A stretch of 64,000 nt of DNA, from the NCBI GenBank assembly GCA_976551045.1, contig CDPCPM010000026.1, forward strand, positions 14,322,001-14,386,000. The letters run 5' to 3'. The DNA comes from Glaucostegus cemiculus (lineage: Eukaryota). Shown one piece after another: positions 12,461 to 24,800 of the stretch. The notes beneath the pieces are model-generated. The model was given only the letters and a program-made list of their open reading frames with translations. It was not told where the DNA came from and searched no databases. How positions within the stretch are numbered: position 1 is the first letter of the stretch; each line of letters begins with the position of its first letter. Made by a program: the position numbers and the translations under genes.

Positions 12461-14493
12461 ACCAACCAGCAGTATTGCCAGACTTCAGCACTCGAGAGTA
12501 TTCTGAGAGGTGTTGGGGGGAGGAAGGAGTCGTGTCAGGAAGGCTCATAGCAAGATATGGTGAGGCGGCAGAAATAGACGGGGATATCATGGGTTTTTGG
12601 GTTGAGGTGCCTAGGATATCAAAGCTCTTGGGGGTGGGGTTCAGTAGGGGATGGTCTGATGATTTAGGTAAACTTTTCACACAGCTGCAGATTTCCTGGG
12701 CTGGCACTGGCACCCTCAGGACAGTATGGTCTAAGTTCCCTTTAAGTTCTCTAACATCATGTTGTGCTTGCACAGGTGAGTCGTGCCAGCAATGTCATTA
12801 CTCATGTGATTTGACCCCAGAATAGTTACAAGTGTGATGTGCTCTGTGTTAAATTGACTCTAAATCATGTGACACCAATAAAACATGCTAAACAATTGTA
12901 TTTCTAGGTAACAGACTTTTAAAGGCCTAAATATTTCCCTCTTCTTTTCTATTGAGAAGTAGAAATGTGTCCTTTGCAGTAAATATTGTAGCATCCTATT
13001 CACAAAATCTGTTTCCATTGAAGGTAATGAAACCGAATTTCTGAAGTAGGATCCAAAGTGCACTGGCTATCATCCAGCGTTAGTAACAGAGGATGAATTT
13101 CTACCCCTCATTCTTTGAGTGATCTGAGTGAACATGTTTAAAAAAAGCTGATGAAGTTGCTGAGATCCACAAACCTCCTTCATTATTGATGTAACAACCT
13201 TAAAAATGTTTGGATTTGAGTACTCCCTTACATTCATGACCTCAACCTTTCCCTCCCTTTGTTTCGAACTGGCACACAGCCTTTGTATAAGGCCTTGACA
13301 AGTAGTTGTTTTGGGAAAGCTTTAACACCTGTCCACTGATCTGCTGCCAGTCTGCATCTGTGCCCAGCTGACAAGGCTGTCTGCTTTGACTAATGACATG
13401 ATTGATGGACAAAATAAGGAAGAACACACAAAAACATTTCAGTCTGGTCTGGTGTGTCAGCGAGCCTTCATCAAGTGCTGCTGAAGGTATATTTTGCTGC
13501 ATGCCTCATTACACAGTAATGGCGTTCCTAGGAAAAGCTGATTCTTTTCACAACACAAGACAGCAGGCAGCTTTATGGAATGTGGGCCTATCAGTCTGGA
13601 GGAGGACTTTCTGAAGAACAGGCACTTTTCTTCCCCCTCCCTTCAAAACTGTACTTGTCATCAAAATGGTAGGAGGCCAATTCAGAAAGCAGTGTAAGAA
13701 ATTTCAATACTAGGTCATTTCTTAGACTATTATCTATTTTGCTGCTTCAGTCAGTTGTCATCTAACCTGTTGCAGTAAAAGTGTGGGTATATCTGAGAAA
13801 TTATGGATGTATTAGAAAGCTAAAAGAAAGCAATAATTCAGAACACTGCAGTTTTCAGCAAAACACAACTAAAATAACAAACACCTGCAATTTCCAGTTA
13901 GAAGCATTTGGACCAGCTAGCCAGCAACTGGGCAGGGGGAGTGTGACTCTTTTATCTGTGGCCAACAGGCTTCGATGCTGATATGACCTTGAAGCGAATA
14001 TTAGTACACACAGCTCACTGTCTAGTTTCTGTTGGCAAATTATTTCTGGATGAAGCATAAAGGTATCGCCTCTTTCCTTTTAAAAGTCTTCAAGCCATGA
14101 TGAGCCCCAAGGAGACAGGTTGGTCCTCGACTTATTTAACAATCAGCTGGATTCCAATAAAGTTTGTGAGTCTCATCAGCAGCAGCCAGTCAATTCTCCT
14201 GAATCAGAATATGTTAAAGGACTTAACCCTCGGTTCCAACATCCAGCTCACATCATGCAGATTCTCTTTTCTGAGGGAGAGACAGGCAGTGAATGGGTTT
14301 CTGGAAAACGAAAATGTTCAAACATAAAATTCTTAAAAAATAAATCACCTAAAATGATGTCTCATTTCTGAAATAGCCACACTTACATCTCACAACCTCC
14401 TCTCATTCTGTCCGGGCAGCTGTATGACAAATATGTCAAATTAATACATCACAAGGTATGAATGTGTAGTTAGAATTTGACTGAAGTACCACC

Positions 14494-14625
14494 NNNNNNN
14501 NNNNNNNNNNNNNNNNNNNNNNNNNNNNNNNNNNNNNNNNNNNNNNNNNNNNNNNNNNNNNNNNNNNNNNNNNNNNNNNNNNNNNNNNNNNNNNNNNNNN
14601 NNNNNNNNNNNNNNNNNNNNNNNNN
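14494..14625. other. Assembly gap (132 N)
   Basis: Run of n characters. Confidence 1.
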
Positions 14626-16366
14626 AACCGAAGCATCAGGAGTTCAATCTGAAGACGGAATGATTCATGACCAGGAGCTGGTGAAAGGGTGAAGGAGGAC
14701 GAATGCTGAGAACTTCGAGGGCTCTCTCCAGTGTGACCTTGGCAGGGGAAAGAAATATATAAGAAAATGAAAGCGACTGTCAATTCCCAACAGGGACAGA
14801 TCACACAATAGATCAAGCAGAACCTGGGGTGGGGGGTGCAGGGGTTTATTAGGAGAAAACATGCTGAATTTTCAGACACTGATGAAAAATATTACTGAGC
14901 TCCAATCATTCAGATTACTTTATGGAAATGAAATCCAATTTGTAGCATTTTAAAACCTTTGAGGTGATGTTCTGCAACATTATTTTACAATGTCATACTT
15001 TGGATAATTCTAGTCTTTCAAAAAAAGCACAAAGGATTTAAATAATTTAAATGTTCTGGTATTTAACAACTGTTAACATGTTTAACTGATTAGTTCTGCA
15101 CCACTTCACATGTTTGTATCTTTAATTATTTATTCATTTATCTTAATTGCTAACAACAATATTCCTGCACATCGAGGGGGAAGGTGGCCCTTGCAATTGT
15201 TATCTTCTGTAGGAGATATCGGTTTGCATGCTTAAATAAATCTAAATGGACGAAAACACTACAGCAAGACATCACAGCTGAATGCGGTGCTCAAATACTG
15301 TGTCTTTTATAGCCCCATATTGAAATGTATAACAAAATGACAGCACATTGTCCCCTGGTTAGATTTCGCTACTCATTTCTTCCTGATCATTGTTCTGTTA
15401 AAAGTTACTTACATTTTATTGCAGTCATCTATTTAGTGACAGTCTCGCTTCTAAATCAGCCTGAGTACACAGGGATCACTGGTTGGATGATTTTGAATAT
15501 ATGAAACTGACCTGAAATTGACAGGTAGGTTGTTAGAAACTGCAGCTTTAACAGCAATTTATATTGACACTCACTTAAAACACATCCCAGGCCATAGTGT
15601 GTAAATTTGGAAAGTATCCCTGGCATGTTAAACATGCGCATATTATTTGAGCAACCAACCATCCTATAATGTATATAGTAAGCAGTATTAGTGGTAAATG
15701 GAAATAGGCAAATCACAACAGAAAGATGGTGGTTCATATATTCCAAAAATAATATGAGCCTGAATGGATCTCCATGAGTCTACATAAACCTCACTTGTGC
15801 TACATGGAATTACATTACTTACTGTACACAGGTTATTTTGGCAGATAGAGATTAAGAAAGATACACTGATATAATGCCCACAGATTTAATTCCATGCAGA
15901 TTTTTGAGGGTAACAGCAGGGTGAGCTTAAAACTGACTAGTTCCCAGGGAACATCCTGGCATATTTTAATATAATTCTGAAGCACAATCTCTAGCATGCC
16001 AAAAAAGCAAGTACCACCTCTCAAAGTAATTCTCTTTGGTAAGTTTGCAGATCTCACAAGGATCACAAATAAAGTTACTGCTCTTGATTTGTCCATCTCT
16101 CTTTTGCAACACAATCTCAATGAGTGTCTCCCCTTCTTCTCATTACTAAGTTCACTAAAATACTGCTCATTGTCTTTGCTAGCTTTAGCATCATTCTATT
16201 CAAGCTTCTGATGGGTCCCCAACTTGTCTCTAAACTGCTTCCTCACCAAAACAACTGCTTTTCATTCAATACCTCCACAACCTCTTCTAAGGTGGTTCCC
16301 TTCAATATCAGAACATGCAAAGCAAGCTTCATAATCTAAACTCTTCTATATAGTAAATATTATTTC

Positions 16367-16402
16367 ATTTTTTCTCTCTCTCTCCCTCTCCCTCTCTCTC
16401 CT
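16367..16402. repeat. Imperfect (CT)n microsatellite / polypyrimidine tract
   Basis: 'ttttttctctctctctccctctccctctctctcc'. Confidence 0.8.
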
Positions 16403-17049
16403 TCTGCAAGATAAATCAGTTCAAAATGTTAGTGTGCGCAGTAAGGCCATGGAAGGACCAACCAAAGTTATGAACCTCTCTGAACTTTGTGACAGCAAGT
16501 GCTGTCAGAAAAGAGGATGTCTAGGCTGGGGGCTCCTGTGAACAAAATATTTTTCTGCAAAATTAGATGGGATAATGTCCAATGATTGGACTCTGCAGGT
16601 ACCAATTTGTGTCCATATGGTGTGTGATTCATATTTGTAATGAGCATTGTATCATCCATTACTTTGGGAAGGGCACTTGTGTGTGTGACACTACCTTCTG
16701 CTTAAAGGATAATGCCTAATGGCGATGTTGCCTAATTGAACCTCACTGAAAAAGCTAATGTTGTATGTCCAAGGCACAATGAATATTTAGCAGCAGATAG
16801 AAACCCCAACAATCATTGCCAACATGTGCTATCTAGGTGGATCATCAATTACTCATTATTTGTAAATACATAGTGTTGGTTCAAGTAACATTGTATTTAA
16901 TTCTTCCATAGTTTATGAAATCCACAGAGAATGGTGGACCAGGAGCTCAACAACAAGTCTGTGTTGACTTCAAAACTTCTGTAAAGCTCAGTTGCTCTCT
17001 GACATGGGTACCTTAGTCACCATTCCTGGCAGGGTGCAGTATGACAGCG

Positions 17050-17760
17050 GGAAGGTGCAGAACAAAGCAACCTGTTGGGAGTCAGGAAAAGGAGGAGGGT
17101 GAGGAGAAGACCAAATTGACCAAGGATGTCCAAAACCAATTTTCTATGTTCACTTCAGCTGCTCTCGGTAAAAAGAGTCCACTGGAATATGTTACATCCA
17201 GAGAAGCACAGAGCAGGGTGAGGGCCATGTTATCAGAGGCTGTCAAGTTCCTGTCGGCCATCAACTTATACGCTTTGGACTTCTTCCAGGCTGGAGATAG
17301 AGGTGTCTGCAAAATACCCCAGTCTGCCACCCACTGTTGCATAGGGAACAGGGATGTTACTAAGTGGATAACACTGATTTAATGACTATGTGCCTAATTA
17401 TAAATGCTGTTACAAGAGAGCTGAATGTACCTTATTCTCCCCTGAGAGAGAGCAACAGGCAACGAGAATACATGGCTGCACAGGAGTCCCCCAACATTCC
17501 AGGATGCGACTGACTTCACTCACATTACATTGAGGATGTCTCAGAAATGTACCACAACTTGGAGAGAGTCTACTGACATTCAGCTGATGTATGGCCATTC
17601 ACCTCATTAGGCTGGTCAGTGGTGGTAACAATTCACCTTGAACAATTCATTAAGCCATTGACGTTTGAGCCTGCATGTGGAGTCCCCTGATCTCATGGCT
17701 TCAGACCGAAGTATACAACCCACACACCCATGGGCAATGTGCCAACAACATCATGGCTAG
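17050..17760 (+). mobile_element. PIF/Harbinger DDE transposase pseudogene (HARBI1-like family)
   Basis: Ordered motifs across frameshifts: AMLSEAVKFLSAINLYALDFFQAGDRGVCKIPQSATHCCI (cf. ALPVAVKVT.ALNFYASGSFQ..GD.C.ISQS..HRCI); QDATDFTHITLR (cf. QGAIDCTHIALR); DIQLMYGH (cf. NVQLVCDH); PLISWLQTEVYNPHTHGQCANN (cf. YPL.TWLMTPV.NP.T..Q..YN). Confidence 0.8.
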
Positions 17761-17900
17761 TGGATGGCTGATTTTTGCAATGGAAAAGACTGTAAGTGGC
17801 CTTGGAGAACAACCTCAAACAGCTCTGGATCTAGAAGGCATGGATTCAATCTGACCCTCCTCTCCACTGATGACAACATCCTGGACCAGCAAGTCCAGGC

Positions 17901-18398
17901 AACATAGAACATAGAACAATACAGCACAGAACAGGCCCTTCGGCCCATCAAGCTGTGCCATCCTACAAACATCTCCCAAACTAACTCTTTCCACCCTCAT
18001 ATCCTACTATTCCACATTCTTCCATGTGCTTATCTAACAATCTCTTAAACCTGTAGAACGTATCTGCCTCCACTACCACCCCAGGCAGTGCATTCCATGC
18101 ACCAACCACTCTCTGGGTGAAAAACTTCCCTCTGACATCTCCCCTATACTTTCCACCAATTATCTTAAAGGCATGCCCTCTCGTCTTGAGCATCTGCGCT
18201 CTGGGAAAGAGGCGCTGACTATTAACTCTATCTATTCCTCTCAATATCTTAAACACCTCTATCAAGTCCCCTCTCATCCTCCTCCTCTCTAATGAGTAGA
18301 GCCCTAGCACCTTAAGCCTCTCTTTATATTCCATACCCTCCAATCCAGGCATCATCCTGGTAAATCGCCTCTGCACCCTCTCCAATGCCTCCACATTC
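17901..18398 (-). mobile_element. Young 5'-truncated CR1 LINE with open ORF2 C-terminus
   Basis: ORF 17981..18448 reads ALERVQRRFTRMMPGLEG..YKERLKVLGLYSLERRRMRGDLIEVFKI...TRGHAFKIIGG...[14 protein letters not shown]. The (TTCTATG)n tail is at 17901-17916. Confidence 0.95.
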
Positions 18399-18570
18399 TG
18401 GGGAACACCACTGATCAGAAACTTAAGGACCAGCCACATAAATACCATGGTTACAGGAGCAAGTCAGAGGCGGTAGTTGAAGAATGTAGCTGACCAACAG
18501 CTTCTTGAGGGCAAATAGGAATGGGCACTAAATTCTAACCTGCCAGCAGCACCTACATCTCAAAAAAATA
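18399..18570 (+). mobile_element. CR1-clade LINE remnant (RT end joined to 3' tail)
   Basis: 'ctgatcagaaactt..ggaccagccacataaataccatggttacaggagcaagtcagagg' (ID.KL.W.SHINT...RA.QR) fused to the tail 'gggcaaataggaatgggcactaaatt...gccagcagcacctacatc'. Confidence 0.65.
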
Positions 18571-18639
18571 CATAACCAATGGAATTTCTCACCAACTTCT
18601 GGAAAGGAAGGGGACCAAGCTCAAAGTTAAACCACATGC

Positions 18640-19960
18640 AACATAGACTGGATTGCTCCATACTTCCTGGCATTGAATGCAGATCTTCTGGCAAGTCTGG
18701 TACTACATCAACATTTCATTGTGTGCCCTTTCATTTTCTTCAGCAGATTCAACCCACCAATTTCCTCAAATGAGTCCTCTGTGCAACCTCACTCTCTGAG
18801 GAGAGGCCACTTGTGCTCTGCTCTTCTCCTCTCCTGGTCCTTACTCAGTGTAGGTCAAACCTTTAAACTAACCTCTAAATGTCATTTGGTTGTTAGTCAG
18901 CGAGCAGTGGGAAAATTATCCCTCTTGTGTTCATTGATCTTGCTACTGGAGATTCGGTCTCACTGGACCCTGCCACTTTGATCTGGCCCACACCTTCATT
19001 ATCCTGGTCCTACTCCACTTGTCTTTATTGGGATCTGTGCCTTATTCTTTATTTCATATCTTAATAGGGTGGGATAGGGGTCACAGGTATTGTAGTCGTG
19101 TATGTGAGGTGGTGGGGGGGGTTTTAAATTGGGTTGTTAGTATATGTACTCACAGCAGTAGTTGTTAAATGGAGTGATTATGTACCTTCATCCTTACCAT
19201 TCTCTGACTCCTGCAACATTTTCTGGTAATGTTGCATTTCTTGGCTAGCTGAAAGGTGAATAGCACAGTTCGTGATGTGTTGAAGTCTAAACAGACCTTC
19301 AGAAATAAATACATACCCTACCTGCAGCTGGTAAATCAGAAGGGGCCATAAGATAAGAGGGTGTGAGATGTGATGGGGAGGATTAGATATTGCCATCTTT
19401 AATGGTTTCAGTCCTGCCAGTACCATGGCATCATCACCACCATCTCCATGTAGAGTCAGCAGCATGGGATCAGTTGATGAATGTGCACCTATCCCCAGCA
19501 ATTAGTTGGAACTGCCAGAAGTTAAGTACCAGCCTTCCCTGCAGCAGAGAGGGAACTGTATCAGTGAGTGCCATGCAAACATACAGCCATTCTTAAATTG
19601 CTGGCAGCAGGCAAGTGGAGTGGCATTCAACAGTACTGTGTCTGAAACTGTGGAGTAGCATATGAATGTAAGCTCTAAGTACTGATAGATGTAGTTAGTA
19701 AGTGAGAAAAGGGGTTGTGGTAAGTTGGACAGGTCCAGAGAGTAGTGAAGGAATTGGCTGGGCATGACATTTGAAAATGCAGTCATTGACCCTGACCATA
19801 TATGTGAGATTGTTGAACACCTCATCAGTCACAGTAAGGAGGACAACTCAGAAGACAATCCTTCCAAGTTGACACCAACGTACCCAGCATCTCTCCCAAA
19901 CATGAGCACAGACTTGGCAGCCCAGCTGGAGTCGAGGCCTCTGTATCCAGAATAATGTCA
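18640..19960. mobile_element. Jumbled Harbinger ORF2-like remnants
   Basis: Minus strand gives HNEML..PDLPEDLHSMPGSMEQS near 18650-18730. Plus strand gives AWDQLMNV...SWNCQKLST near 19460-19530 (Myb-like) and acidic KEDNSEDNPS near 19840. Similarity is weak and judged from recall. Confidence 0.3.
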
Positions 19961-21174
19961 CTCCAGTCAATAGCAGCAGCAGTAGCAATCTAGGATTCCA
20001 AATATCTGCTTCAAAATGTCAGTGTGAAACCTTATGTTACTCTTGATGGTCTTGTGTTTCTTATTGTTCATCAGATGTGGTGGGATTGCAGTTTGGTATC
20101 AGTGGTCTAATGGGAAAGTTTGTCTAGCAGTTGCCTTTTGATGTTTCTGATTGGATGAAAAAAATAGGGAGATGGATGAGTGTCAAGGAATTAAGTTATT
20201 TTGGCAGCTGCCAGGGAAACTGGCACAATCATACATTATCTGTCTGCAGTGATCAGGCACCAGCTCAAGAACGATGAAGAAAATATCTCCCTGCTGACAA
20301 GATCTGCTGCCTTTTTTCAGGAGCCATGAGATTTATATAAAATCTGAGGGAATCTGGGCATTTGCAAAATAGAAAATCATCCCAAAATATTTTTCAAAGG
20401 CAAATAAATGGACCCTGAGATAAATAACAAAGTAACAGACTATCCAAATCATTAGCCAAAAAATGAGTCTTTAAGGAAGAACAAGATGCAAAGGGATTTA
20501 CAAAGGAAGTTTGAGAGCATCAGATTCTGGTAACTGAAGGTCAGTCGTGGGGGGAATGGAAAGCAGTACTGTTTTGTTTCCTGGGTAGGGCAGAAACCTG
20601 ACTGAGTAAGTATGCAGGATGGGTGTTGCTAGGGAAATCAGAATGGGTTTGGTAAATGCCTAGATATTCTAAGATTTGGAGGGGCACAATAGGCATCGTA
20701 AGAAAAGTCATTTCCTCTCTGGAGCCTATATCAAGACTTTTTTCCTGGAATGTTTTCTTTATATAAACATAGGAATGAGAATTTCCAGAAACACTTATTC
20801 AATCTCTGCTGACATTTAGGCTTTCCTCAGATATATTTTATTTGGTCCAGCATCCCTTTCCTGATGTGTGCCTCCCATTATCAGGTCAAAAGCTCTGCTT
20901 CAGTCTGCCAGAGAGTTGTCCCATGCATCCTACTATGAACAGTTCATATCACCCATAGGGAGAAGAGAGAAGACTTCACTTTGGAAAATCTTCCTGCTCT
21001 ATGAGTCATTGTCATTCCTGTCAGGTGCACTAAAGGATGTCCAACAATATCAATATGAGTTGCAAATGTTGACTAAAAGCTCTGCTCAAAAGAACTTCTG
21101 TTCCCTCCCAGACTTTGCATCTATTTTATACCTTTTAGTTATTAATTTGCATGCCGGATTAATTACCAGTTTCT

Positions 21175-21455
21175 GATGCCTAATTGGGTGCAACAGCCAA
21201 TTGACCATAATGCATACCATGATGGGAACATCACTGCCTACAGGTCCACCTCTTCACACCATTCTGACTTGGATAACATCATTATTCCTTTATCGTCGCT
21301 GGGTCTAAATTCTGGAACTCCTAACCAAAAGCATGGGGGTAACTTCACCAGAAGGATTACTGAGATTCAAGGAGAAGGCTGACCAACACCTTGTTGGGAA
21401 CAATTTAAGATCAGCAGTAAATGGTGGCCTTGGCAGTAGCACTGGTATTCTAAAT
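21175..21455 (+). mobile_element. CR1-clade LINE 3' end
   Basis: 'cacaccattctgacttggataacatc...cctttatcgtcgctgggtctaaattctggaactcct...ttcaaggagaaggctgaccaacacctt' followed by the tail 'gcagtaaatggtggccttggcag'. Confidence 0.7.
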
Positions 21456-21788
21456 AGTGATTAATATTTTTAATATTGCTAAAGGCTTTATCATGGTTAC
21501 CTGCCAATCACTATGGAAATCTGTCTTCTCAGAGTCTGAATCCACAGGAATTCTTGTAACACAGGAACGGCATATACACATACACTACTGTTCAGTATGG
21601 CTTGCAACTTGCTTTCATCATTTTCTAGGTGTGCTGCAGTGCCGTATGGTAAATGGCACAAAGAACTGACTCATCACACTACCTCAGGCAACAGCACCTT
21701 AACTTCACTGAATATCAACAAAGTTTCAAATACAGGGCCGCTCCCAGACTTATTTGCGACTTCATATCTGTAATTCATATTTCCCTTG

Positions 21789-22341
21789 ATAAGACCATAA
21801 GATACAGGAGCAGAATTAGACCATTCAGCCCATCGAGTCTGCTCCACCATTCAATCAAGGCTGATTACTTTTCAACCCTATTTTCCCGCCTTCTCCCTGT
21901 AACCTTTAACCCTCTTGTTAATCAAGAACCTATTAATATCTGCCTTAAGTATACCCAGTGACTTGGCCTCCTCAGTCCTCTGTGGCAACAGATTCCATAA
22001 CTCACCACCTTCTAGCTGAAGAAATTCCACCTCACCTCAGTTTTAAAGGGATGTCCCATTATTCTGAGGCTGTGCCCTCAGATCCTAGACTCTCCAACTA
22101 ATGGAAACAACTTCTCCACATCCACTCTACTGAGGCCTTTCCATATTCGGTGGGTTTCAATGAGATACCCCCTCATCCTTCTGATCGCCATTGAGTACAG
22201 GCCCAGGAACATCAAGTGCTTATCATATGTTAACCTTTTCATTCCTGGGATAATTCTTGTGAACCTCCTCAGGACCCTCTCCAGGGCCAGAACATCTTTC
22301 CTTAGTTACGGGGCCCAAAATTGCTCACAATATTCCAAATG
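21789..22341 (-). mobile_element. CR1 LINE 3' end (second subfamily)
   Basis: Tail 'ataagaccataagatacaggagcagaattagaccattcagcccatcgagtctgctcc'. The reverse strand encodes QFWAP.LRKDVLALERVLRRFTRIIPGMK...GYLIET...RGHSLRI. Confidence 0.9.
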
Positions 22342-23149
22342 ATATTTGCCTGTAACTTCTTAAACTGTAACTCTTCAATTGTTGCAAAGTTTGCTAGAGG
22401 CTGTTTGAAAATGTTCAGGACATTTGTCTTGTTGTTGTTTTTCTCCCTTGAAATACGACACACTCTGCTCTCTTCCCCCAGTGCTCAGCTTTTTCCTGGA
22501 TCCATCTGGGATTACACCAAATGAATAATATTGAACTCAGCATTATTTACACTTGACTGGTGCATTTGCACCAATTCCAATTCAACATTTAGAAATGATT
22601 TAGGCTTAAAGATGAAATGATTAGCTTGGATTCCATCTCATTGATACCACAACTGCACAATTATATTTATAGTTATATATTTAGGAGGTATATCTTAGAA
22701 TATGTACAATCAAATGTCACTGGTGTTTCCTAGAATGTCTCTTTTGTTCCTATGTTTAAAGTCTGCTCATAGTTCTGTTCCTTCTCCACATTGTTTCTTC
22801 TTGATTCGTTTCCATACAATGACTGAAATAATACATCTTTATATCTATACCCTATAATGCAATAAACAAAATCATAATTTTTTCCATTTTTGGACATCTT
22901 CTTCATGTTACTTTTGAATGGCTTAATGGCTTAATTTTTTTTTACTGTTCCATCCTTCTTTCTGTTCCCAATCATATTATACTCAACTGCAACTGAAGCT
23001 CTCTATTGTTAAAACTACATTTGAGAAGCCTGATTTCCTCTTTAGTGGTGAAATCATCTTTCTTTTAAACAATAAGAATTGAGCACGTGCTGATATAAAG
23101 GATGAAGTGTTTCTGCAGCACAGAGATTAAAGGATGAGATGGAAGTATG

Positions 23150-23545
23150 TCTTGTGTCTTGTCTTGTCTGCCCTGCTGAGGTCATTGAACTTGTTTCACC
23201 ACTGGTCCACAGTCCTGACAGTGAAGAATGGCGTTGTGGAGTGGTGTCAAAAGCCATGTTCAGGATAGCAATCTTCCAAGAAACCTGGAAATGCAGAATA
23301 ATATGGGAGTGGCTGAGTGTGACAGATGCATGCTAAAGTGGCACAGATTTACGTGATCCTTTCTGATATTCATAAACCAGCAGAAGATTAATGGAGTGGT
23401 AGACCTTCCTGTTGACGAAAGCTGCTGACTGGTCTTCTGGTGCCTTGATGACTGCATGCGTGCAGGCTATAACTCCCTGGGTACAAGGAAAACCAGCCAC
23501 TGCTGCAAATCTGAGGGTCTTTTCATCTTGACTGTTGGAAAGAAG
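23150..23545 (-). mobile_element. PIF/Harbinger transposase catalytic-core remnant fused to a Myb/SANT ORF2 remnant
   Basis: ORF 23333..23575 contains FAAVAGFPCTQGVIACTHAVIKAPEDQSAAFVNRKVYHSINLLLV (HARBI1-type GFP.V.GAIDCTH.AIKAP....YVNRKG.HSIN). TWLLTPLHN follows at ~23260-23233, then immediately QW*NKFNDLSR at ~23203-23171. Confidence 0.88.
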
Positions 23546-24469
23546 ATTTATTTGATGTATTAGTTTGCTTTGCAAAGGAGAGGTTTAAAGCTTAAAGCAA
23601 ACTGGGATTATAAGGTATGTCCCCTGAAGCAGCCTGGAAGGAAAATGAGACAAAAAAAAACAAGAATGGTTTCCATAATGAAGTGCAAGGACCTATTATT
23701 GGAGAATGAGTGAAAAATCAAAAAACTGCAATCTCTAAGCTTAAAACTCCCACGAAATCTAAAAATCACAATGACAAAAAGATGCATTTGGACAAAAGCC
23801 TAGAAATTGAATCGATTAGTGTACTTTTTTAAAGTACATCATGCATAAATTAAGCAAATTCAGAGCTAATAGCATGAGCAATGATTTACAAGTAAAATTG
23901 TGCCCATTGTAAAATTTATATGCACAATGCATTTGTCCAGCATTCTATGTTACCTCACTATTTGAGCAATGCTGATTTCTTCACTTACTGGCATAAACTG
24001 AAGATTCTGAGTGCAATATACGACTGTTGTTGAACATTCACAATACTGCATTATCTTGTTACATTCATCATTATTTAAAGGGACATCGAGGAACCTAACT
24101 GGGCAGTTTCTCAAGAACAATCATGAATGAGCAATAAGTCCTACCCCTGATCCTGGAAAATAAATAAATAAATAGCATGCAGCTCAAACACCTTTCAAAA
24201 CCTATAGAGTTGTACAGTTAACAGAGTGTACTTTTCCACCATTTAGTTGCTGAGATACTCCTACAAGATGTGTCTCATGGTGACACAGCTGTTGTGACTT
24301 TGTTACTGGAAGCATTACCATGGCTGTAATTGGCCTGTCAGGATGGGATGGGGACCTCAGGACAGGAGGCAAAATGCTCATCAGTAGAAAGCCAACTCCT
24401 AGAACATCTTCAGAAACACCATATTCTACCTGGATCTTTTTGACGAATCAAGGTGATTGAGCACTACTA

Positions 24470-24800
24470 TCGTGTGAATACTTGTACTGTATTACAGCGG
24501 AAACTGCCATTGTTGGTCTGAAAAGATGGCTCTGTTGTATGCAGCAGTCCAAGGGGAACCTAAGCTTACACCCAGATATTTCATTGTGATTTACTGAATG
24601 CTGAACCTTCTGGCTAAACATAGAGACCAGCCAGTGCTGGAGGATGATCAGCCTATGGTCCGGAATCTGAGGAACAAGCTGAAGAGAAGCAGGAACAAGG
24701 GGGATAGGAGCACAAGGAAGGTCACAGGGAAAGTCACAGAACATCAGCAACCTCATCCCCCAGAAGAGCAGAGGAAGGAAGCAGTGACTTCACAGGCTTA
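24470..24800 (+). mobile_element. Harbinger transposase C-terminal remnant
   Basis: AETAIVGLKRWLCCMQQSKGNL (cf. IEQTIGLLK.RFRCLD.SGG.L), then FIVIY*MLNLLAKHRDQP (cf. FIVVCCMLHNLA..RGQP) and a purine-rich acidic tail. Confidence 0.65.

Noticed and set aside
12429-12825. Overlapping 114-aa and 126-aa ORFs
   Set aside because: They lie in a G-rich low-complexity segment next to a Harbinger remnant and show no recognisable domain.
14436-14879. 147-aa and 71-aa ORFs spanning the gap
   Set aside because: Their length is an artefact of translating through Ns.
17981-18448. 155-aa ORF as a host gene
   Set aside because: It is the CR1 ORF2 C-terminus. The start Met lies in unrelated flanking sequence.
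23333-23575. Possible exon of domesticated HARBI1 (AG/GT-bounded segment)
   Set aside because: The catalytic Asp is lost (IDCTH to IACTH). Homology continues through the apparent intron with frameshifts, and the segment is fused to an ORF2 remnant, so it is a TE fossil.
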